This document shows, piece by piece, positions 26,420-35,826 of a stretch of 53,817 bases of DNA. The stretch comes from Candidatus Aenigmatarchaeota archaeon. GTDB lineage: Archaea; Aenigmatarchaeota; Aenigmatarchaeia; CG10238-14; SCSR01. How positions within the stretch are numbered: position 1 is the first letter of the stretch; each line of letters begins with the position of its first letter. The notes under the pieces are model-generated. The model had not been told where the DNA came from. It was given only the letters and a program-made list of their open reading frames with translations, and made no database searches. The position numbers and the translations under genes are program-made. Location: contig JASEGQ010000001.1 in NCBI GenBank assembly GCA_030017875.1, forward strand, positions 1 to 53,817. Reading direction: 5' to 3'.

Positions 26420-27679
26420 ATGATTGCCTGTTATGTGCCATGGCTTCACATGCATCAGCCATTAGTTTGGCTAAGAGCAAACAAAGAAGAAAATCTTGTT
26501 AGCAATTTGCAAAAGATGCTTCTATCAAAAGATTCAAGAGAAGCTTGGGACGGTAAACTTATTGCAAGAGCCTACAAGAATCCTGCAAAGTATGTGAAAC
26601 AACTAAAAAAAGAGGGGTATGACCCAAAGATAATGCTTGATTTTTCTGGAGTTTTGCTGGAGAGTTTGGTGGAGCTTGGAAAAAATAAAGTTTTTGATGA
26701 AATAGAAGTAGAAGGAGAAAGGATCGGAGATATTATAAAACTGTTTAGAGAAGTTTTAAACGAATTTTCTTCTTCTATCGAAGTTGCTGGCACAGCTTAT
26801 TCTCACTGCTATTTTCCTGCGACTCCCGAAGAGGATTGGATTTATCAGATCGAGGAATGGCAAGCCACTTATAAAAAAATTTTTGGAAGGGAGGCTTTAG
26901 AAAGAGTAAAGGGTTTCTGGCTTCCTGAATTGGGAATACCAGGTTTTGAAGATAAGCTAGTAAAGCTAATTAGAGTTTTAAATGATGCAGGTTATGAATG
27001 GCTAATTCTACCTTTGCAAGCTGTTGAAGGCTATGAGCATTTGTCATATGAGGAAAGAATTCAGGTAGCTTGTCAACCACACATGCTAAAAATAAAAGAT
27101 CAAGCCATCCCAGTCATTTTCCGTTTCCCGAGTTATATAATAGATCAGCAAGCTGGATGCGAAGCAAAAGAAGTTTACGATAAAGCTAAGCATGTTGGAA
27201 AAATTTTTAAGAGCAAAAAACCTGCTTTGCTAGTTCCTGCTTGCGATGGAGAGAACGGGAATGTGATGATGAACGAGTTCTTCCCAAAGACTTTTGTCCC
27301 ATTTTTTAAAGAAAGGGTTAATAATAGCATAGGCTCTTTAACAGTTTCAGAATTTCTAGATAAGTTCTACAAGAAGAATGGAAAGTTTGATATAAAGAGT
27401 GAGATAAAGGTTAAAATCTTTGGTGCCTCTTGGGTTGACACACATAAATTTTGGCTAGAAGGAACAAGAAGAATGGAAATGGTAAAGAAAATTGAAGAAT
27501 TGAGTAAGAGATTTCACTCCATTAAAGAAAGGCTGAAAGGTAAAAGTTTGCTGGAAGAGGTTAAAAGAGCTTTGCTCATCGCTGAAACTTCTTGCTACGT
27601 ATACTGGGGAACAGATTTTTGGTTTGACCAGGGAGAAAAAGCAATAGAATTTGCGAATAGAAAAATGGATGAAGTATGA
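26420..27679 (+). CDS. Second GH57-family glycoside hydrolase
   Basis: PWLHMHQPLVW (region 1) and GFWLPELGIPG (nucleophile Glu region), 419 aa. Confidence 0.7.
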   Translation: MIACYVPWLHMHQPLVWLRANKEENLVSNLQKMLLSKDSREAWDGKLIARAYKNPAKYVKQLKKEGYDPKIMLDFSGVLLESLVELGKNKVFDEIEVEGERIGDIIKLFREVLNEFSSSIEVAGTAYSHCYFPATPEEDWIYQIEEWQATYKKIFGREALERVKGFWLPELGIPGFEDKLVKLIRVLNDAGYEWLILPLQAVEGYEHLSYEERIQVACQPHMLKIKDQAIPVIFRFPSYIIDQQAGCEAKEVYDKAKHVGKIFKSKKPALLVPACDGENGNVMMNEFFPKTFVPFFKERVNNSIGSLTVSEFLDKFYKKNGKFDIKSEIKVKIFGASWVDTHKFWLEGTRRMEMVKKIEELSKRFHSIKERLKGKSLLEEVKRALLIAETSCYVYWGTDFWFDQGEKAIEFANRKMDEV

Positions 27680-27733
27680 AAAAATATTTATATCGCTTGC
27701 AGATAATTTTAAGTAGATATCTGAGGTCGAAAG

Positions 27734-28903
27734 ATGAGAATAGGGCTTTTTTCTTGGGAATCTCTGCACTCCATAGCAGTTGGAGGAATAGCAGTTCATG
27801 TGACTGAGCTTGCAGCTGCTCTACAAAGAAAGGGAAATGAGGTTCATGTCTTTACAAGAATAGGTCCAAACCAAAAGATCTATGAAGTTATCGATGGAGT
27901 GCACTATCATCGCTGTCCTTTTGGCTTTAGCTCTGATTTTGTCCATGAAATGAGCAACATGAGCAAATCCATGGTTCATCATTATTTTGAAACAGAGAAT
28001 GTTTCTGGACATTTTGATATAATCCATGGACATGACTGGCATGTTGTTAATGCTTTAGATGAGATAAAAAAAGCGAGAAACAAAAAAATTGTTTGGACTC
28101 TGCACTCAAATCAATTCGGAAGGGATGGAAATACTTTTCATGACGGTAGGGCTGCGGATATAAAAAATATAGAATGGTACGGTACTTATATCGCAGATAG
28201 AGTAATTGTTTGCTCTCAAACAATGAGAGCAGAAACTCAATGGATTCATCGCGTTCCAGAGTGGAAGATGAGGGTTATTCACAACGGTATCTCTTTTCAC
28301 AACTTTGACGGCTTTCTCGACCCTTGGCACGATGTCAAGAAAAAGTACGGAATTAGACCAATGGATCCCGTCGCTTTGTTCATAGGAAGGATGACGTATC
28401 AAAAGGGGCCTGACCTCTTTCTTGAAGCCATACCAGCTGTTTTGAATGATTATAAAAATGCAAAATTTGTTTTTGTTGGCGATGGTAACATGAAATCCCA
28501 CCTTGAAAATAGGGCTAGGCAATTAAATGTCGCTCATGCTGTCAGATTTACAGGCTATATACCTGAGCATGAAAAGATAAATTTGCTCAAGGCTTGTGAT
28601 TGCGTTGTTGTTCCAAGCAGGAATGAACCTTTTGGTATCGTTGTTCTCGAAGCATGGGCAAGTGGAAAGCCTGTAATTGCTACACATGGAACAGGAGCAG
28701 GAGAAATTGTTTGGCATGATGTGACAGGCTTAAGAGTTTATCAAAGTCCAAATTCAATTGCTTGGGGAATAAAAACTCTTTTCTCAAACTTCGAGAGAGC
28801 AAGATGGCTAGGCAGGAATGGAAGAGTAGCGGCAGAACAAGCTTTCAATTGGGATAAGATCGCTGAACATACTTTGAATGTTTATAAAGAATTGGTAGGT
28901 TAA
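27734..28903 (+). CDS. Glycogen synthase-like glycosyltransferase (GT-B fold)
   Basis: The N-terminal MRIGLFSWESLHSIAVGGIAVHV (starch-synthase-type) and C-terminal PSRNEPFGIVVLEAWASGKPVIA. Confidence 0.75.
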   Translation: MRIGLFSWESLHSIAVGGIAVHVTELAAALQRKGNEVHVFTRIGPNQKIYEVIDGVHYHRCPFGFSSDFVHEMSNMSKSMVHHYFETENVSGHFDIIHGHDWHVVNALDEIKKARNKKIVWTLHSNQFGRDGNTFHDGRAADIKNIEWYGTYIADRVIVCSQTMRAETQWIHRVPEWKMRVIHNGISFHNFDGFLDPWHDVKKKYGIRPMDPVALFIGRMTYQKGPDLFLEAIPAVLNDYKNAKFVFVGDGNMKSHLENRARQLNVAHAVRFTGYIPEHEKINLLKACDCVVVPSRNEPFGIVVLEAWASGKPVIATHGTGAGEIVWHDVTGLRVYQSPNSIAWGIKTLFSNFERARWLGRNGRVAAEQAFNWDKIAEHTLNVYKELVG

Positions 28904-28915
28904 CTGGGAAAAAAT

Positions 28916-29965
28916 TTAAAATAATTTCAAAAATTTTCCTGCAATAATAAACATTGCATGACTCCAGGCCAAAGGAGTTATTGAAGCAGTCTCACCGTTT
29001 TTAATTTGTTCTGGTAATTTTTCTTCTACCCTTTCTATCACCCAGTTAAAATACTTAAAAGCCTCCTCTCTATCTCCAGATTTAGAATAATAAATCGACA
29101 ACCAAAAGTTTAAAATAGGCCATGCCCCAGCTACTTCCCTTCTCAAAAATCCAGCATATCTATCGCCTTTGTACCTCATTATACCTCCATTCTCCGTCTC
29201 ATTAACTTCAATAATTTTTTCAACAGTCGATACCATTCTAGGGTCATTCAATTTTATAACTTCAGAAGGCCATGCCAAGCCCAGCAAAGAAGAATCAATA
29301 GCAAAATCTTTTTTTCCATTAAACTTCCTTACAAAATATCCAAAATTTTTATCATAAGCTCTTTCGATCTCACCTCTCATTTGATCTCTGCACACAACCC
29401 ATTCCTTTTTTTGCTCAATTAGCTTGATCGCAGACTCTAAGCCCTTTACGCACATCGCTAAAGAATAAGTAAAGTTCTCTCCTTTTCTTGGTGAAGCAGC
29501 CCTCTCTTCCCAAAGGTCATAACATCTTCTAAAACATCTGCCGTTCCAAGAAGAGCAAATTCCATCAGCAGCTCTCTCTACCAAGTCAGAAAATTTTCTT
29601 GTGCTCCAGTATTTTGAGTGATGTTCTATTGCCCAAAGCAGTGATCCAGTTTGATCAGGTTGAAATTGTCTTCCGTACATTTTCCCGTTAGGATAATATC
29701 TCATGTAAAAAACCCCTCTTTCTTCGAATTTCTCAGCCTTCCAGCACCAGTCAAAAAATCTCTCAGGTACTTTCTTTAATCCAAGCATATCACAAGCAAC
29801 ACAGACAAAAGCAGCATCCCTAGGCCAAACAAAATAATAATTTTTAACACCTTTTGGATAAGCTGGATCATAGATGTTCGAAGCAACTATAGCCCCATTT
29901 TTAAGGGAGCAATCTCTTATAACCTTTCTGCTCATTTTCAAAATTCCCTTCATCTTGTCTTCCAT
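28916..29965 (-). CDS. GH15-family glucoamylase-like hydrolase (catalytic domain only)
   Basis: YYFVWPRDAAFV and CYDLWEERA are GH15 catalytic-region motifs, 349 aa. Confidence 0.75.
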   Translation of the reverse strand: MEDKMKGILKMSRKVIRDCSLKNGAIVASNIYDPAYPKGVKNYYFVWPRDAAFVCVACDMLGLKKVPERFFDWCWKAEKFEERGVFYMRYYPNGKMYGRQFQPDQTGSLLWAIEHHSKYWSTRKFSDLVERAADGICSSWNGRCFRRCYDLWEERAASPRKGENFTYSLAMCVKGLESAIKLIEQKKEWVVCRDQMRGEIERAYDKNFGYFVRKFNGKKDFAIDSSLLGLAWPSEVIKLNDPRMVSTVEKIIEVNETENGGIMRYKGDRYAGFLRREVAGAWPILNFWLSIYYSKSGDREEAFKYFNWVIERVEEKLPEQIKNGETASITPLAWSHAMFIIAGKFLKLF

Positions 29966-30879
29966 CTTCTCAAAAACCTAATTACTTCTTCTTCTTTTGC
30001 AAATCTTCTTTCATCTGTTTTTGTTATGGCTAGAGCACCAGCTGCGTTTGCAAAAATTCCTGCCTTCTTTATGTCTCCTGTTTTCAAATATTCAAAAACA
30101 AAAGCAGCGTTGAATATATCACCAATTCCAGTCGGATTTATGGCCTTTACTCTAATTCCTTTTATTGTAAAGATTTTGTTTTTGCTTCCAACAACACATC
30201 CTTTCTCTCTACATTTTAAAGCGACAACTTTACAGCCAAGATTTAATAGGCTTTTAACTATTTCTCTCTTTTCTTTTTTGCCTGTTAAAACCTCTCCTTC
30301 TTTTCTGTTTGGAAAGAATAGATCAACGAATTTCAAAATTTTTCTTAAATCCTTAATGCCAAACCTTATTCCGCTTTTTATGTCTGGTTCTAAACTCACC
30401 AGCATTTTTTTCTTTTTAGCATATTTTACAATTTTATAAATATCTTTTCTTAGTTTGTCTAAAAAGTTGTATCCTCCTATGTGAATTGCTTTTCCTTCTA
30501 TATCTTCTAATTTGAAATCTTTTTTTGAAAGCAAAGAGTTTGTTCCCCTGAAAGTTAGAAGAGATCTTGAACCATCTTCAAGTTGAATACCAACTGTTAT
30601 GCCTGTTTTTTCCTTGTTTGTTTTTCTTATCTTACTTTCAATCCCAAATTCCTCTGCTTTTCTACCAATATATTCTCCAAAGATATCATTTCCGACCAAG
30701 CCGATTAATCTCGTTTTTAAGCCAAGCCTAGAAATCGCAAAGGCAAAGTTTGCAGCCCCTCCACCAATCTGTAAGTTTATTGAGGGAATTAAAGTCTGAA
30801 AATCTCTTTTTGGATAAGAAACAATAGGTGAAGAGAGCAAATCAACATTCACATCCCCTATGACACTGACATCAGTCAT
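29950..30879 (-). CDS. PfkB-family carbohydrate kinase
   Basis: GGGAANFA near the N-terminus and C-terminal NPTGIGDIFNAAFV (DTxGAGD-type) motifs. Confidence 0.8.
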   Translation of the reverse strand: MTDVSVIGDVNVDLLSSPIVSYPKRDFQTLIPSINLQIGGGAANFAFAISRLGLKTRLIGLVGNDIFGEYIGRKAEEFGIESKIRKTNKEKTGITVGIQLEDGSRSLLTFRGTNSLLSKKDFKLEDIEGKAIHIGGYNFLDKLRKDIYKIVKYAKKKKMLVSLEPDIKSGIRFGIKDLRKILKFVDLFFPNRKEGEVLTGKKEKREIVKSLLNLGCKVVALKCREKGCVVGSKNKIFTIKGIRVKAINPTGIGDIFNAAFVFEYLKTGDIKKAGIFANAAGALAITKTDERRFAKEEEVIRFLRRWKTR

Positions 30880-32201
30880 CTGATCGCTCTCAATTTTTGA
30901 TTTATGAGCTTCGAGTATTTCTGGACAATTTCCTTTAATCTATTTTTGTTTTTTCCTTCAGCACAAAGATTTATTTCTGGTAGAGTTTGGCTCGCTCTTA
31001 TCAAAACCCATTCTATGTCGTTTAGCTCAATTTTTATCCCGTCCATTATGTCTATAGCTTTTGGAAAACTTTTTTTCAATTCTTCTATCACTCTGATTTT
31101 GTTTTCATCTGTTTCAGCGTTAATGTACAATTTCTCAGTAGGATGTAGTTTGAGCTCATCAACAAGTTTTGATAGCTTTTTTCCTCTCGAGAGAATTTTC
31201 GCTAAGTATAGAGTTGCCAGTATACCATCAGAGAAAGGATAAAACTCGTTAAAATAAAAATGCGAGCTTTGCTCTCCTGCAAACAGGGCCTTTTCCTCTA
31301 AGCACTTCTTTTCTATAAAACCATGGCCAACTCTCCACCAAATCAGTTCTCCTCCCAAGCTTTCAACAATTTTCTTTATTTCACTCGCGCAATCCGCTGT
31401 TAATATTATTTTGCCTTTTCTTTTTTCGAGAATTTCCCTTATGAAAATAGAAGACATTACACTGCCGTTAAGCTCCCTCCCTTTGTTATCAACGAAAACC
31501 GATCTGTCCGCATCACCATCAAAAGCAACACCAAACTCAGCTTTTTCCCTCTTCACAGTTTCTCTTAGAAATTTAAGGTTTTCTCCTTTCGGTTCTGGTC
31601 TTTCAAATCCATAAAAATTTCCATCAGGTTTACCGTGCAAGCTGATTACTTCTAAGCCAAAATCTTTGAAAATGTCTACTGCCTTTACTCCAGCCCCACC
31701 AAAGCATTCAACAGCAATTCTGTTTTTAAGTATACCGAATTTTTTCTGAAAGAACCTCTTGTATTCTTCTATCGCATTTTTATCTCTCTCCAACCTTCCT
31801 TTCTTCTTAAGAAAGGTTCCAGAATTAAAAATTCTTTCCACTCTTTCCACGTCTTCTACAAAGCTTGTACCATCAGGCTCTATCATCTTAAAACCTCCCC
31901 ACTCCTTAGGGTTATGGCTCGCCCCGATGTAACATCCAAAAATTCTGTTTTCCCATGCATAGAAGTAAACTATAGGGTTCGGAACCAAACCAAGAGAAAT
32001 CACCTCACAGCCTGTAGATACTAAGCCAGAAGAAAAACAATCAAAAATTTTTTTGGAAGAAAATCTTGTATCGAAGCCTATGCAAACAGTCTCACTCCCT
32101 CTCAAGAAAGTTCCTAAGGCTCTACCAACCCTTAAAGCTATCTCATCTGTTAAGTCCTTGCCATAAATCCCTCTTAAGTCATAGGCTCTAAAAATACTCA
32201 T
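30876..32201 (-). CDS. Phosphoglucomutase/phosphomannomutase
   Basis: Active-site GASHNPKEWGG, metal loop FDGDADR, four-domain length of 441 aa. Confidence 0.85.
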   Translation of the reverse strand: MSIFRAYDLRGIYGKDLTDEIALRVGRALGTFLRGSETVCIGFDTRFSSKKIFDCFSSGLVSTGCEVISLGLVPNPIVYFYAWENRIFGCYIGASHNPKEWGGFKMIEPDGTSFVEDVERVERIFNSGTFLKKKGRLERDKNAIEEYKRFFQKKFGILKNRIAVECFGGAGVKAVDIFKDFGLEVISLHGKPDGNFYGFERPEPKGENLKFLRETVKREKAEFGVAFDGDADRSVFVDNKGRELNGSVMSSIFIREILEKRKGKIILTADCASEIKKIVESLGGELIWWRVGHGFIEKKCLEEKALFAGEQSSHFYFNEFYPFSDGILATLYLAKILSRGKKLSKLVDELKLHPTEKLYINAETDENKIRVIEELKKSFPKAIDIMDGIKIELNDIEWVLIRASQTLPEINLCAEGKNKNRLKEIVQKYSKLINQKLRAIR

Positions 32202-32240
32202 TGATATTTAATTTATCTTTGAAATTATTATAATGATTTA

Positions 32241-33278
32241 ATGATAATTTTTAAGAAAAAAACATTAAAGGCAAAACTCAGAAATCCATTGTTGAATTTC
32301 GCTATCGATGAGCAAGAAATTGAATTAAGAAGAGATCCTTTAACAAAGAAGTGGTGCAGGATAAACATCAACAGAGTAAAGAGGGCTCACCCTGGTTTAG
32401 CAGAAGACGGGAAGGCTACCAAGGCTGTCGTAGAAAGATCAAAAAAAGGTTGTCCATTTTGTCAAGATAACGTATTCAAAGCTACGCCGAAATTTGTTAA
32501 CATAAAAGAAAGGATGATTTTGAATGAATCAGTTCTTTTTCCAAATCTTTACCCCTTTAGCGTTTTTCATGCTGTTGTTGTCCTTTCTTCAAAAAAACAT
32601 TTTATAGATCTAAATGACTTGAGTTCAAAGTTGTTGTTCGATTCTTTGAGAAATAGCATAGAATTTTTTAAAATTGCTAGAAGGAAAGAGCCAAGTTTCA
32701 AATATCCGAGCATAAGTCTAAACTTTATGCCCCCTGCTGCTGCTTCTGTAGTCCACCCACATTTTCAGATCATTCTTGACGACAAGCCGACTTTTTTTAC
32801 AGACCTGCTAATAAAAAATAGCTTAGCTTATTACAAAAAATATAAATCGAGTTTCTGGCTGAGTTTGATAAAAACTGAAAAGAAGAGCAGAGAAAGATTT
32901 ATCGGCGAGACTGGAAGTTTCTCTTGGGTTACAGACTTTGCTCCTTTTAGAAACAATCAAGTCTCTGGGATACTTACCGAAAAGGTTTCAAGCGTTACTG
33001 ATCTAAGTAAAAAACAGATAAAAGACTTGTCAAATGGGTTATCAAAGATATTCAAAATGTTTTGGAGAAAAAATGTGAGAAGCGTTAACATGTCGATATT
33101 CTCCAGTGCTATTGATAAAAACATAGGTAGCTATTTCCCAGTAAATCTGAAGATAGTTTCGAGGCCAACTCTGACTCAAAGCTATGTTAGCGACATAGGT
33201 TTCATGGAGCTTATGAACGAAGAGCCTGTAGTAGAAACCTTGCCAGAAGAGGTTGCAAAAAGTTTAAGATTTGCTTAA
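32241..33278 (+). CDS. GalT-like HIT-superfamily hexose-1-phosphate nucleotidyltransferase/phosphorylase
   Basis: Zinc motif CPFCQDN, LFPNLYPF, and the catalytic VVHPHFQII (HxHxQ). Confidence 0.7.
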   Translation: MIIFKKKTLKAKLRNPLLNFAIDEQEIELRRDPLTKKWCRININRVKRAHPGLAEDGKATKAVVERSKKGCPFCQDNVFKATPKFVNIKERMILNESVLFPNLYPFSVFHAVVVLSSKKHFIDLNDLSSKLLFDSLRNSIEFFKIARRKEPSFKYPSISLNFMPPAAASVVHPHFQIILDDKPTFFTDLLIKNSLAYYKKYKSSFWLSLIKTEKKSRERFIGETGSFSWVTDFAPFRNNQVSGILTEKVSSVTDLSKKQIKDLSNGLSKIFKMFWRKNVRSVNMSIFSSAIDKNIGSYFPVNLKIVSRPTLTQSYVSDIGFMELMNEEPVVETLPEEVAKSLRFA

Positions 33279-33291
33279 ATAAAATAAGTTT

Positions 33292-34536
33292 ATGAAAATT
33301 GCTGTCTTTTGCTGGGAGTTTTTTCCTAAGCTGGTTGGTGGGTTAGGAACTTATGCTATAGAGATCACGAAAAAATTTGAAGAGCTAGGCCATGATGTAA
33401 CGGTCTTTACTCTTAACGATGGAAGCTTGCCAACAAGAGAAAATTGGAATGGTATAGAGATTCACAGGCCGATCGTAGTAGATGCAAGCGATATATTTCC
33501 TTTTTTTGTTGTCGAAGACCTGAGAAAGTGGGGGCAGAATATAAGGTTGTTCTCAGATATATTTGCCTATAATTTGCTCTCTGCAACGAAGTTTGTTAAT
33601 GATTGCATAAAAAAACAGGGGAAAAAATTTGATATCGTTGCTGTTCATGACTGGCTCTCCTCAATCTCTGGCCTACTTATAAAAAAAGATTTGAAAGATT
33701 TGCCGATAGCTTTTCACATACATTCTGTTGAAGAACAGAGAAGCTTAGGTGGTGGATCAGAAGTAGTTAAGCACTTGGAAAAAACCATGGGTGATAAGGC
33801 AAATCATGTTATAACAGTTTCGAACTCGATGAAAGAGTATTTGGCTTCTCTAGGTTATCCTGCTAACAAGATAACTGTTTGCTATAATGGGTGTGACCCT
33901 GAGAAGTACGATCCAGCAAATGTGGATAAAAGAAAGTTGGAAGAACTAAGAAAAAAATATGAGATTAAGCCGGATGAAAAAGTTATACTTTTTGTTGGCA
34001 GGCTCACTTGGGTAAAGGGAGTTTACAATCTTGTTCATGCTATGCCAAGCATTTTGAAAGATTTTCCCGATACAAAGTTGATAATTTTAGGGAAGGGGGA
34101 GCAGTATGGGGATTTGATAGCTCACATTCAAAAGCATGATATTGCTGATAAGGTTAACATTCGCTCAGAATGGGTTGATGAGAGCGAGAGGATAACACAT
34201 TATGCTTTGGCTGACCTTTGTGTCTTTCCATCGATTTCAGAGCCATTTGGTATTGTAAGTTTAGAGGCCATGGCGATGGAAAAGGCTGTAGTTGTTGGAG
34301 CAGCTGGGGTAAGTGGCTTGAGAGAACAAGTTATTCCTTCAGGCGAGAACAAAACTGGTGTGCACGTTAACGGAGAAAATCCTGAAGATATTGCTTGGGG
34401 GGTAAAAGAAATTCTTAAAAATTTTGAGGAAGCAAAGAAATGGGGGAAGAACGGGAGAAAAAGAGTTCTAAAAGAATTTACTTGGGATATAGCAGCAGAG
34501 AAGACTTTATCAATTTACGAAAGTTTAACTAGATAA
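33292..34536 (+). CDS. Second glycogen synthase-like glycosyltransferase (GT-B fold)
   Basis: MKIAVFCWEFFPKLVGGLGTYA and PSISEPFGIVSLEAMAMEKAVV. Confidence 0.75.
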   Translation: MKIAVFCWEFFPKLVGGLGTYAIEITKKFEELGHDVTVFTLNDGSLPTRENWNGIEIHRPIVVDASDIFPFFVVEDLRKWGQNIRLFSDIFAYNLLSATKFVNDCIKKQGKKFDIVAVHDWLSSISGLLIKKDLKDLPIAFHIHSVEEQRSLGGGSEVVKHLEKTMGDKANHVITVSNSMKEYLASLGYPANKITVCYNGCDPEKYDPANVDKRKLEELRKKYEIKPDEKVILFVGRLTWVKGVYNLVHAMPSILKDFPDTKLIILGKGEQYGDLIAHIQKHDIADKVNIRSEWVDESERITHYALADLCVFPSISEPFGIVSLEAMAMEKAVVVGAAGVSGLREQVIPSGENKTGVHVNGENPEDIAWGVKEILKNFEEAKKWGKNGRKRVLKEFTWDIAAEKTLSIYESLTR

Positions 34537-34575
34537 GCTCATTTATAGGTCTTCCTCCTCATCTTCTGAAGTTTA

Positions 34576-34776
34576 ATGGCTTCGGTGGCAGTTGATGACG
34601 ACCTGCATCAAAAACTTAAAGTGAGATGCTCAGAGTCGAGACTAAAGATTAAGGATATGGTTAATGAGCTTATCGCTGAATGGTTAAAAAACATGAGAAT
34701 AGAAGCAATAAAAATAGAGCAAAACAATAAATATATAGTTGGTAATTTTGAGAACAATAGGAATAGTTTCTGGTAA
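34576..34776 (+). CDS. Possible ribbon-helix-helix protein
   Basis: VAVDDDLHQKLKVRCSESRLKIKDMVNELIAEWLKN fits a beta-strand plus two helices (CopG/Arc-like). The 3' end overlaps the MinD-like start. Confidence 0.45.
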   Translation: MASVAVDDDLHQKLKVRCSESRLKIKDMVNELIAEWLKNMRIEAIKIEQNNKYIVGNFENNRNSFW

Positions 34777-35554
34777 AGGTGGAGTAGGAAAAACTACTTT
34801 GGTGGCAAACCTAGGAGTTGCATTATCAAAATTTGACAGAAGAGTTACTCTCATAGATTGCAACATAACAACCTCTCATCTAGGATTTTGTTTTGGTCTT
34901 TTTTACTATAACAAAACTCTGAATCACGTTTTGAGAAAAGAAGCAAATCTATCAGAAGCCACTTATTTTCACTTTAGCGGTATAAAGATAATTCCTGCAT
35001 CTCTGTCTTTAGAAGAATTGATAGGCGTTGACATAGATCAGCTTAAGCCTTCTATTGAAAATATCGAAGACACAGATATAGCTTTGCTCGATGCTGCTCC
35101 TGGTTTTGGAAGAGAGGCTATGAGTGTTTTGAGCGCTAGCAGTGAGGTCATCTTTGTTACAATACCTTATATGAATGCTATAGCAGATGTTGTCCGGGGC
35201 TACAGAGTTGTTAAGCAGCTGGGGGTAAGACCTTTAGGCATAGTTTTGAACATGGTCAGAAATGATTTACACGAGCTAACAGAGACAGAAGTGGAAGAGC
35301 TGACAGAGTTGCCTGTAATAGCAAGCATACCATTCGACAAAAATGTCCAGAAGAGTTTAGCTGAAGGAGTTCCTACAATTCTTTATAAGGATTATTCCCC
35401 TGCTAGTATAGCAATTATGAGGCTGGCATCAGAACTTTTAGGAGAATATTATTCTCCACCCAAGGCAAGAATATTCTCTAGAATACTTGATTTTCTATTT
35501 CCTAAAAAGCCAAATCTTTTGAGCTCGAACAATAACTTGAGATTATGGAAATAG
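34739..35554 (+). CDS. MinD/ParA-family ATPase
   Basis: Deviant Walker A in GIVSGKGGVGKTT and a Walker B-like ALLDAAPG. The C-terminal IFSRILDFLF is a potential amphipathic helix. TTG start. Confidence 0.85.
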   Translation: MVILRTIGIVSGKGGVGKTTLVANLGVALSKFDRRVTLIDCNITTSHLGFCFGLFYYNKTLNHVLRKEANLSEATYFHFSGIKIIPASLSLEELIGVDIDQLKPSIENIEDTDIALLDAAPGFGREAMSVLSASSEVIFVTIPYMNAIADVVRGYRVVKQLGVRPLGIVLNMVRNDLHELTETEVEELTELPVIASIPFDKNVQKSLAEGVPTILYKDYSPASIAIMRLASELLGEYYSPPKARIFSRILDFLFPKKPNLLSSNNNLRLWK

Positions 35555-35826
35555 AGATTAAGGAAGAGAAGGACAATCCGTTTCTTGGGAGAAAGGAACT
35601 AAGACTAGAATTGAAGCACGATAGAGCTGCGACTCCTTCTAAGCAACAGCTTATAAAAGAGCTGGCTTCTAGATACTCTGTTCCTGAAGAGAGAGTTTTG
35701 ATAGATTTCATTTTCACAAAAAAAGGAGTTAGCGAGTCGATAGCAAAGGTAAAGATATGTAAAGAGCCAAAAATTAAGGAGAAAAAGGAGGTAAAGAGTG
35801 AAGCACAAACCAGTGAAGCAGAGTAG
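35545..35826 (+). CDS. rps24e: Ribosomal protein S24e
   Basis: EIKEEKDNPFLGRKELRLELKHDRAATPSKQQL matches S24e. Followed by S27ae, as in most archaea. Confidence 0.88.
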   Translation: MEIEIKEEKDNPFLGRKELRLELKHDRAATPSKQQLIKELASRYSVPEERVLIDFIFTKKGVSESIAKVKICKEPKIKEKKEVKSEAQTSEAE

